Origin: an uncultured virus (IMG/VR IMGVR_UViG_3300021091_000050)
Lineage: Duplodnaviria; Heunggongvirae; Uroviricota; Caudoviricetes
DNA length: 64,000 nt
Virus record (IMG/VR): IMGVR_UViG_3300021091_000050
Reading direction: 5' to 3' (one strand)
The notes below the pieces were generated by a model. That model saw only the letters and a program-made list of their open reading frames with translations. It was not told the DNA's origin and did no database searches. Position 1 is the stretch's first letter, and each line of letters starts with the position of its first letter. Both the position numbers and the translations under genes were made by a program. Shown here piece after piece: positions 55,921 through 64,000 of the stretch.

Positions 55921-58900
55921 ATACCCCGATTAATCCCGTTATACGTCCTAACAACTCTGCTTTCTAATCCAGCAGCTTTTTGTCTATTAGGCAAAACTTT
56001 AACATTGTAATTTTTCATCATAGAATCAAACCATTGGTCTTCACCGATAAAATTATCAACATAAAAATTGTAATTATGAATTGTTTCATTTTCTGTCTTG
56101 ATAATCTCAGTTTTGAATTGATTGCCTATTTGAGGCATCCCAATATTTGGAGCTTTATATCTTGGAATGCCAAATTTAAATCCATTTACATAGTCAAGGA
56201 ACATTTGTCCAAGGCCAGATACTGCTTTTGCATTTATTACATATTCTCCACCATGCAATAACGCTGGGACACCTTGCTGTGAGAATCCAGGAACAGAACC
56301 GCCAATAGCCATAGACTTTTTGATAGATCCTCCATAATATTTCTTTTGAACACCAGCGCTACCAAAAAGCCCCAGAGCCTTTGCAGTAACAGCACCAAGA
56401 TTTCCCTGCGGATCTTTGACTTCTTTTGCCAAATATTTTTTCTGGAATGCAAGAACAGCTTTTTTCATTGGTTGATCAAATTTTTGACTCAAGTTGCTAT
56501 CTGCGGAAAGCATCTGATATTCAATGAGTTTAGCCTTAGCTGCTGATATGATTGGGTCTGTATCACCAAGTTTAAATACTTTATCTTTGCCAGCTTCTGT
56601 TAGGAACATCTTTCTAGAGATACCCATAGCAGAAGACTTTTCTCCAGCTCCACCAGCTTCTGCTTTTTCAGCAGCTGCTCTTCTCTCTGCTTTCACCTGT
56701 TCTTCATCAAGTTGTTCAGTAGCAGATCTTATTGCTTCAGCTACAGCAAGATTTTTTACTTCCTCGTTTAAACTTTTAATAACTTCTGCAAATGCCGACC
56801 CCGCTTCGGTCTTCATCTTGTAGAATTCTGCTTTTATAGCCTCAGTTGCATCGTTAATTGCTTTTGCATAAACTTTCTCTGGACTATTTGGATTGTTTGG
56901 ATCTGCAAAATCTGTTCCTATTTTTGTAATTTCAGCAATACCTGCGCTATATGCAGGAATAATAGAATTATTAAAGCCATCAGTGTAAGCTTGGCTTGTT
57001 CCAGATAGCATTAATCCAGTTATTCCCAAAAGAGATGCTGGATCTTTTGAATTGACATCTGTACCGTATTTTGTTGTTGCAGCCTGAATTAATGTGTCAA
57101 GACTCATATTGAATGAGCCAACTGTTGGATCTGTATTTTGCTGTATCAACCCAGGAAGAGCGGAATAATATGTCTGGAATGAGCCCTTCATAGCATCTGA
57201 TGTTTTTGTAGCTTCATCTTGTAATGCTTTAAATTGTTTTGTTAATTCCTCTTTTGTGAGGGTTCCGTTTTTACCAATACTTTCTACAAAATCTTCAAAA
57301 CTCTTTATGTCTTTATCAAATTTTTCTGATAATTGTTCTTTTTGCTGCTGAATAACCTTCTTTGCCTGTTCGCGATTTTGAGATTGAAGTGTTTTATTGC
57401 GATCTTCATCCATTTTGCTAAGATCTTTATTAAACTCTTTATTATCTTTTTCTTCTTGCAACCCTAGCAATCTTGCATCATCAATCCTGCCTTCATAAAT
57501 TGCAAGAGCTCTTTGCTTGATATAACCATCTCTCTGGAGGGCTCGCTCTGCAATTTTTAATCTTCTATTTTCTTCATACTCTTTTGTTGCAGTAAGGCGC
57601 TCTTCTGCTTCAGCAAGAGCATCGATTGCCGCAACTTGATCATCAAAGAATTTAAGAACGTCTTGTTTTTGTTTTTCAAGACCTTCTCTAAATTTATCTT
57701 TAAACTTCCCAATAGCCTCACTAAGACTATTGATAACTTTATCAAAGAAATTAGCTTTTAATGCTTTTGCTCCCTCGTCAATCGCCTCAGCAATTGTTAT
57801 ACCTCTAGCAGTAGCCTGAGATGGTGTTTGTGCATCTGGTTTTTTATCTTTTCCTCCGACATCTTTGCCAATTCCTTTGCCTATGGTTTCTGCGGTTTTT
57901 AAGCCACTGATCCAGTCTTTTATACCCCTACCAATACCAACAACCCAATCACTCGCACTCCCTATGGCATCCATAGTGCTGTTTGCAACGCTATCAACAC
58001 CACCAAGAATTTTATCTTGAATATTCTTTAAAACGTCATCCCCCATTTCGGTAATATCTCTAATAGAACCAAGAACTGCTTTAACTCCATTACCTATACC
58101 CTCAGTTACGGCTATCGCTTTCTCTTCTGCGGTTTCCAGACCAGAGTTAAGTCCGCTAGTTGCTTCATTTGCGATACCTTTCACTGAATCGCCAACTTTT
58201 TCAAAAATATTTCCTATTGCATCAGCTGGTTTTGCCAGGATATCAACAGCCATACCAACAAGGCTATCCAAACCAATTTTGTCATAAAACCATCCAAGTC
58301 CAAAACCCAATTTCTTTGGTAAATCAACAAGAATTGTTCTTAAAAATTCAGCAAACATTTCTGCCATTTTTTGAAGAATCTTTCCCCATCCAGAAATCAA
58401 TCCGCCAAAAATACCTACCAATTTACCGACTAATGTTATTGCCCCACCAGTTAATGTAAACAATGCTTTAATCATCAACTGTACGGATTCTTTGATCAAA
58501 TCAACAAGTGCTTTTTGTAGATTTGTCCATATCCGTACAACTTCTTGGACTAGCGCAACAACAGCTCTTGGTATTGCAAAAAATGCATTAATAATTCCTT
58601 TGAGTAAATATTGAATAACAATTATTACAGCATCTGCCATTCTTTCAAATATATTTGTTATTAGACCAAGAACTTTAAATACAATATCAATTAAGAATAT
58701 AAATGGAGTTTTAAATATTGTAATTAAACCTGTAAATACCTTACTTGCTGCTTCTTTCATTCCATCGAAAGCTTTACCCATAGCCTTCTTGGACTCCTCT
58801 CCACCGCCCTTGAAATAACCAATAAGATTTCTTATGAACTGAATTATTGGACCAATAAATCCAATAATTCCCTTAACTGCCAGAGATACACCGCTCAAAA

Positions 58901-61900
58901 CTCTTCTGATCACTGGTTCAAGAGTCTTTTCAAAGAAGGCTTTAAATTTCTCAGTAAATGCCAAAACTTTTTCAGAAATTGAACCAACGACTTGTCTTAT
59001 GTTTTCACCACCATCTTTTGCATCTTTAGCACCACTGCCAAACAAAGAAGCAAAGAAGTCTTTAAAGACTCCGACAAGAACTCCAAAGATAGCTTTAATA
59101 TTTTCAAAAGCGGCTTTAAAGTTATCCATAATATTTTGGGCTTTACCACCCATATTCTCAAATGTCTTTTTAAGAACCATTATTGCAAGCGCAATTGCTG
59201 TAATTATAATCAATATTGGAGCACTAACCTTAGAGAATCTTTGCATCAATCCAATTACTTTATTCATAGGACCGGCAAGAAGCATTCCTGCTGGGCCAAG
59301 TTGATAGGTGAGCATGCTCGCCATAGAACCGCCCATTCTGATGGCTCCCTTAAATGCCTTCCCAACCCCACCCATTGTCTTTCCAATCATTCCAGCGCCG
59401 CGAGATGTCGTACCGTCTTGATTTGTAATAACATCTCTTCTGAAGAGACCCTTCTTTGTTATAGTGCTTCCATTTGCGCCTTCAACTGTTCTTGCTTGAC
59501 CGCCGACCCCGAACAACCCTTGCGTGACTGCAAATACTGGTCTTGTAATTGCCCGACCAGCGGCTTTAAGAGGAACTGCAGCAACCCTGCCAGCAGCTAG
59601 TGCAATCTCCTTAGCACCGTTCGCTAGAACCTTCCCAGCAGCCGTCAAACCCCTTCCAGCCATATTTAAAGCTTCTTTTGGATCAGTGAACGCTTTATGG
59701 ATAAATTTAGCTGTATTTGAACCAGCAACCAGTAAACCGCCAACCCCTAGTTGCAACATCTGGACTGTCTTGAGGAATACCTGTCCAGCTTGTGTATTCT
59801 GAATAAAATCAAGACCGCCAAGAGCAATGAATATTTTTTTAGCAGTGTTTACAACTTGTGGCATAACTGACTGAATCTGTGCGCCTGCTGCTATTAAACC
59901 TTTCGCCATTATGATTGTAGAAGTAACTGGCGATTTGATAATTTCTTTTTCAATTTGATAAGCAGTCTTTATCATCTTTTTACCAATTGAAATTGTTGTA
60001 GTTTTAGCAGTCTCCATTGCATTCAGTATGGGAGGACCATAAAGGTTTCCAATTGCCTGAATGTTATCTTTAATTGGAATAAGTTTCATTGCAAACTTTG
60101 ATGGAATTACCCCAACAACTTTAGAGAGTCTTGTTATTGGAGCAAATAAGAGACTCTCTGCTTTAGCAATTTGTCTTGCTTCAATTTCTGTTTTTCTTAT
60201 CTGCCTAGAGGAACTTGCTGGACCAATACCTCTTTCTTTTTCAACTCTTGCTTTCGCCATTTCATAGCGTTCTCTTGGATTTAATGCATATCTAACTTGC
60301 TGAGCATCTGTGCCAATTTTTTTAGCAATAATATTCTTTAACAAAACGGCAATTTCGCTAAGTCCGCCAGTTGCAACAGCAGATCCAACTCTTGCAACAC
60401 CTCTTCCTGTTATTGGGATGCCAGCAATTTCACGAACTTTTGGTGTAGGTGGTACATATTTATCTTTACTTGGGCGTGGTGGGATAAGAGCCTTAAGTTG
60501 ATCAAAACTACTCATACCCATTGCAATAGGGGTTAGACCAGACGTTCCTGCTGCCGCAGCAGCAAGCTTGGCTTCTGCTGCAGCCCTTCTTGTGTTTGTC
60601 CAAACTGGATTTATTGTGGAGATGCTTGCTCGCTCAGCCAAATTGCGAACACGATCACGGACTGTCTTTAATTCATTTGTAGCACTTACTGAATCAAGAA
60701 GCTTTTTACGCAAAAGATCTGCAGCATTAACATACACTGGTCCAGATGGGGGCTTCGCTGCATTTTCTTCCATAAGTTTTTTCAAACTTGCTGGGGTTAA
60801 TATTGGCTGTTGTGGAATAGCAGATGATGGAACATCTCGCTCAGGGGGTGAAGCCTGTGGGGTTGTTGTTGTGGGTTTTGGAGCTCTTGGAAGTTGAGGA
60901 ATAGCTGGAGTTGTTTGAGCTGCGGCTTGTGTTGCTTTTTCTATTGGTTTAACTGCTACTTGTTGAATTGCAACATCTGTTGCAACCCCGAGTTCAGAAA
61001 GTTTGTCAATAATAATTTTCTTATAATCTTTTGCTTGTCTTTGTTTTCCTGTCTCGTCTCTAGTTTTTGCACCAGCTACATACTCTGCAAGATATCTTAA
61101 TTCTTGAACTGTATATTGTTTTAATGAATCCATGCTTGCGCCATATACTTTAACTTGTTCAGCGACCTGCTGCATTCTTGCTCTTATTTGTTCTCTTGTT
61201 TCTCCAGCAACTTTAGTAGTTGTTTCTTTTGGAGTTATTGGTATAACTTTTCCTTTATTAGGACCAAATTGAGGCGTGACCTGTCCAGCAGCCTGCTCGC
61301 CAAATTTCTGTAATTTGGCTCTTTGTTGCATTACAGCAGCATAAAGTGATTCAAGACTTCCGTTTCCGGCAACAACTGTAGCCTTAATTGCTTCTACGAC
61401 TTTTGTAACATCACCTTTGACTTTTGAAATTGGAGCATCAAGACCTGCTGCTGCTTTTGGTGCTCTGTTTCTAAGTTCAGCAATAAGCGCTTCAAATTGT
61501 TTAGCTGGTAAATTAAGAGTAGCTTGAAGTTGCTGAAGAACTGTATCAAAACCAAATGCTCCACCGCTAATTTTTGGAAGACTAGCTAGAGCTTTTGCTT
61601 GTGCTTGTTCCATTTCAGCTTCTAATTTAGTTTTTACTTTTGAAAGAATGCCTATTTGCTTTTTATATCCTTTACCTTTAACTTCACCAAGTCTATTTAT
61701 TTCAGCTATTAATTCTTGAATTTGTTCTTCAAATTCATTAACTTGTTTTATCAAAGCCCTTCTTTGAGCAGTATCAAGTTTTTCTAAACCCTTTTGCGGA
61801 ACTGGTCTTGTAGAAGCAGCAGGCATTGGATAACCGCCGAGGGCTCGTGGTTTTATTGGCTTTGGAGTAGGAGCTTCTCCAACAACTTTTATAGCCGCTT

Positions 61901-64000
61901 GCGCTTCTGTAAGTTCTTTCCTACCTAAACTAATTTCTTCATCAATTTTTTTTATTTCTTTTTTTAAAGAAAGAATTTGTTTTTCTCGTGCAGACATTGT
62001 TGCTTTTAATTTTTCTTTAGCCTCAGTAGCTTCATCTTTTGCAACAATCGTTTGTTCTTTCAATTTAACATCGGCAGCAGTATGTGTTACCTGTTTAGCT
62101 AGACTAGCTAAAGTTGCTTTTCCTTCTTCTATTGTTAAAAGCAGTTCCGTTTCTTTGCCTTGTTCTTTTCTTTGTATACTTTCAAGTTTATGCAAAGTTG
62201 CAATTTTTTTTGTATGTTCTGCTTCTGATTTTCCTATTGCTGCAGCAATTTTATTAATATTTTTTAATGTCTCACCGACAAGAATTTTCGCAGCAACAGG
62301 TCTTGCTGCTACCATTGCTGATTTGATTAAACGATCATATGTCGCTCTTTGTTTTTTATTTAAAGAAGCAATTTTTTGTTCTATTGCTTTATCTTGAGCA
62401 ACAGTATCTAATTCTTCAAATGCTTCTGGTTCTTTAATCTTACCCAATTGTTCTAAAAGCTCAATTTTTCTTTCTCTGACTAATTTATTAATTGTTTCTG
62501 TTAATTTATCTTCTGGTATTACAATTGGTGCAAACTGTGCAGACGTAGCAAGTGGCAAATCAGTGTCGTATGGGCTTATCTTTGGGCCTGTTGGTACTGT
62601 CGGTATTTTTGGATATGCACCTAATTCTTCTTCGTGTGATGCATAAGGTGAATATTGTCGACTTGCCATAGGCAATGTTGGCTTTATTTCTTTTTGTCTA
62701 TTTAATATACTAAATAATTTATTCCTTGATTCTGTTGTATACGGAGTAAGTTGTTGTTTAGTACTTACTCCAGTCTCTGGATTCTCCACCATCTCGAATG
62801 GTGTTCTTATTTGCTCAAAAGCTATTCTAAGCTGTCTTCTAGCTGAAGAAACACCTTCAGCAACGCGATCCATGCGTTCTCTTAATGGAGCAAGTCTTGC
62901 TCTAATTACTGAATCAATAACAACTTCAGAAGCAGTTGGCATTGATGCAATAACTTTTTGTATAACTCGTTGAACTTCTAAATCAAGTTTTTTCTGAAGG
63001 CCTTCATAATATTTTAATTTTTTACGAAGACCTGTAACAATTCGGGCATGCATTTTCCCTTCAACAGCAGTCATCTCTCTTGGAGGCACACCTTCTTCTG
63101 CAGGTTTGCCTTCTATCATTTCTTTTTCATATTTTGCATCAGCTGTTGCTTGTCTTGCTGTTGTGTGTCCTAAAGCTGCAAATAAAGGATTAAGATAGGT
63201 TGCTGATCTGATATTAAGAGCTGTTTTCTGTCCACCAGCAAATGCGTTTAGCCTTTCTTGTGCGCCAGCACCAGAAAGTGATCTTTTAAGTGTTTCAAAA
63301 GTTCTTTTTTGTATAGAAACTGCAAAGTCACTCATTTGTGCGACAGTAGAGGGTATCTCAAGCCCAAGGTTTGTTAGCAATTCAATAAAAGATTGTTTTG
63401 TAAGTTTAATTTTTTTAGAAACAGATACAGCAGTTTTCTTAGCTTCAGATACTTTTGTTTCTGTTTCTTTGGCAACGGTTTCTGCTTGTTTAATATCATT
63501 TGATGCCTGTTGAGCAACTTGATTTTGAGAAGATGTTGCTTGAGTTGCAGCAGGTACAAGTGGTGCTGGTTGTGTTGTTGCTGCTGCTTTGGTCTGATTT
63601 TTAGATTGTGCAACAGCCGTTGGAGATGCTGTTATACCTAATTTACGTCTTTGGGCAGAATTGGCTATTTCTTGATCTCTTTCGGCTTTCCTTGCGACAA
63701 CAAAAGGAATCGATCCAAACATTCCACCCATACGACGCTGCGCTTGTGCGGCAAAATTTTTGAAGTCCATCACGTCGAAAGCGAGATCTTTTAGATTTTT
63801 TAGCGTAGATGGCAAAATTTTTGAAGTAACTCGTTCGACAGCCTCTGCTACTTGTGGAATTGCTGGTCTTAATGGTCTTTTTCTTGTTCTTGTTCCACTA
63901 GAAGCATTCTGTCCGCCTCCTGTGGGTTGTGGTGCTGGTTGTGTTGTTGTTGGCTGTGCTGGTCTAGAAGTCGTTGTCTGCTGAGCTGGAGGTGCGTTTG
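55917..64000 (-). CDS. tape measure protein (5'-truncated, >2,690 aa) with peptidoglycan-binding-like domain
   Basis: Frame stays open to window end; amphipathic repeats, TM segments, AIGG / ALLHGGEYVI motifs; AVLAFQKK..G.LG..T..AL. Confidence 0.9.
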   Translation of the reverse strand, partial: NAPPAQQTTTSRPAQPTTTQPAPQPTGGGQNASSGTRTRKRPLRPAIPQVAEAVERVTSKILPSTLKNLKDLAFDVMDFKNFAAQAQRRMGGMFGSIPFVVARKAERDQEIANSAQRRKLGITASPTAVAQSKNQTKAAATTQPAPLVPAATQATSSQNQVAQQASNDIKQAETVAKETETKVSEAKKTAVSVSKKIKLTKQSFIELLTNLGLEIPSTVAQMSDFAVSIQKRTFETLKRSLSGAGAQERLNAFAGGQKTALNIRSATYLNPLFAALGHTTARQATADAKYEKEMIEGKPAEEGVPPREMTAVEGKMHARIVTGLRKKLKYYEGLQKKLDLEVQRVIQKVIASMPTASEVVIDSVIRARLAPLRERMDRVAEGVSSARRQLRIAFEQIRTPFEMVENPETGVSTKQQLTPYTTESRNKLFSILNRQKEIKPTLPMASRQYSPYASHEEELGAYPKIPTVPTGPKISPYDTDLPLATSAQFAPIVIPEDKLTETINKLVRERKIELLEQLGKIKEPEAFEELDTVAQDKAIEQKIASLNKKQRATYDRLIKSAMVAARPVAAKILVGETLKNINKIAAAIGKSEAEHTKKIATLHKLESIQRKEQGKETELLLTIEEGKATLASLAKQVTHTAADVKLKEQTIVAKDEATEAKEKLKATMSAREKQILSLKKEIKKIDEEISLGRKELTEAQAAIKVVGEAPTPKPIKPRALGGYPMPAASTRPVPQKGLEKLDTAQRRALIKQVNEFEEQIQELIAEINRLGEVKGKGYKKQIGILSKVKTKLEAEMEQAQAKALASLPKISGGAFGFDTVLQQLQATLNLPAKQFEALIAELRNRAPKAAAGLDAPISKVKGDVTKVVEAIKATVVAGNGSLESLYAAVMQQRAKLQKFGEQAAGQVTPQFGPNKGKVIPITPKETTTKVAGETREQIRARMQQVAEQVKVYGASMDSLKQYTVQELRYLAEYVAGAKTRDETGKQRQAKDYKKIIIDKLSELGVATDVAIQQVAVKPIEKATQAAAQTTPAIPQLPRAPKPTTTTPQASPPERDVPSSAIPQQPILTPASLKKLMEENAAKPPSGPVYVNAADLLRKKLLDSVSATNELKTVRDRVRNLAERASISTINPVWTNTRRAAAEAKLAAAAAGTSGLTPIAMGMSSFDQLKALIPPRPSKDKYVPPTPKVREIAGIPITGRGVARVGSAVATGGLSEIAVLLKNIIAKKIGTDAQQVRYALNPRERYEMAKARVEKERGIGPASSSRQIRKTEIEARQIAKAESLLFAPITRLSKVVGVIPSKFAMKLIPIKDNIQAIGNLYGPPILNAMETAKTTTISIGKKMIKTAYQIEKEIIKSPVTSTIIMAKGLIAAGAQIQSVMPQVVNTAKKIFIALGGLDFIQNTQAGQVFLKTVQMLQLGVGGLLVAGSNTAKFIHKAFTDPKEALNMAGRGLTAAGKVLANGAKEIALAAGRVAAVPLKAAGRAITRPVFAVTQGLFGVGGQARTVEGANGSTITKKGLFRRDVITNQDGTTSRGAGMIGKTMGGVGKAFKGAIRMGGSMASMLTYQLGPAGMLLAGPMNKVIGLMQRFSKVSAPILIIITAIALAIMVLKKTFENMGGKAQNIMDNFKAAFENIKAIFGVLVGVFKDFFASLFGSGAKDAKDGGENIRQVVGSISEKVLAFTEKFKAFFEKTLEPVIRRVLSGVSLAVKGIIGFIGPIIQFIRNLIGYFKGGGEESKKAMGKAFDGMKEAASKVFTGLITIFKTPFIFLIDIVFKVLGLITNIFERMADAVIIVIQYLLKGIINAFFAIPRAVVALVQEVVRIWTNLQKALVDLIKESVQLMIKALFTLTGGAITLVGKLVGIFGGLISGWGKILQKMAEMFAEFLRTILVDLPKKLGFGLGWFYDKIGLDSLVGMAVDILAKPADAIGNIFEKVGDSVKGIANEATSGLNSGLETAEEKAIAVTEGIGNGVKAVLGSIRDITEMGDDVLKNIQDKILGGVDSVANSTMDAIGSASDWVVGIGRGIKDWISGLKTAETIGKGIGKDVGGKDKKPDAQTPSQATARGITIAEAIDEGAKALKANFFDKVINSLSEAIGKFKDKFREGLEKQKQDVLKFFDDQVAAIDALAEAEERLTATKEYEENRRLKIAERALQRDGYIKQRALAIYEGRIDDARLLGLQEEKDNKEFNKDLSKMDEDRNKTLQSQNREQAKKVIQQQKEQLSEKFDKDIKSFEDFVESIGKNGTLTKEELTKQFKALQDEATKTSDAMKGSFQTYYSALPGLIQQNTDPTVGSFNMSLDTLIQAATTKYGTDVNSKDPASLLGITGLMLSGTSQAYTDGFNNSIIPAYSAGIAEITKIGTDFADPNNPNSPEKVYAKAINDATEAIKAEFYKMKTEAGSAFAEVIKSLNEEVKNLAVAEAIRSATEQLDEEQVKAERRAAAEKAEAGGAGEKSSAMGISRKMFLTEAGKDKVFKLGDTDPIISAAKAKLIEYQMLSADSNLSQKFDQPMKKAVLAFQKKYLAKEVKDPQGNLGAVTAKALGLFGSAGVQKKYYGGSIKKSMAIGGSVPGFSQQGVPALLHGGEYVINAKAVSGLGQMFLDYVNGFKFGIPRYKAPNIGMPQIGNQFKTEIIKTENETIHNYNFYVDNFIGEDQWFDSMMKNYNVKVLPNRQKAAGLESRVVRTYNGINRGM

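Noticed and set aside
38141..62397. Plus-strand ORFs inside dnaE, tail and TMP genes
   Set aside because: Antisense shadows with no recognisable motifs.
5420..64000. Stop-codon recoding
   Set aside because: Genes are full length and densely packed under code 11; no suppressor tRNA seen.

Overview
A 64-kb segment of a large tailed dsDNA phage (siphovirus-like), most likely infecting an Actinobacterium. The host call is inferred from two WhiB-family genes, DnaE, an actinophage-type holin and leaderless genes. There are four zones. (1) 1-~4,750, + strand, visibly more GC-rich: an array of at least eight self-contained expression cassettes, each with a ~40-bp hairpin, a fixed-length spacer, an AGTGCA-N17-TATAGT promoter, one small (mostly leaderless) ORF or a structured RNA, and a terminator hairpin. 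(2) ~4,750-5,420: AT-rich non-coding DNA with a perfect DnaA box. (3) 5,420-27,261, - strand: about 45 small accessory genes (WhiB, ParB-like, HNH, lytic transglycosylase, a permuted GHKL ATPase/HExxH protein) and 3 tRNAs (Arg-TCT, Ile-TAT, Leu-TAA). (4) 27,644-64,000, - strand: glycosyltransferases, terminase, recombination and replication genes (RuvC, Cas4-like, RecA, DnaE, SSB, primase, DnaB), holin, tail proteins and a >2,690-aa tape measure protein running off the window. The best candidate for an undescribed system is the hairpin-promoter cassette array with its ncRNA cassette and shared N-terminal peptide. All protein calls come from motif recognition by eye; no searches were run.
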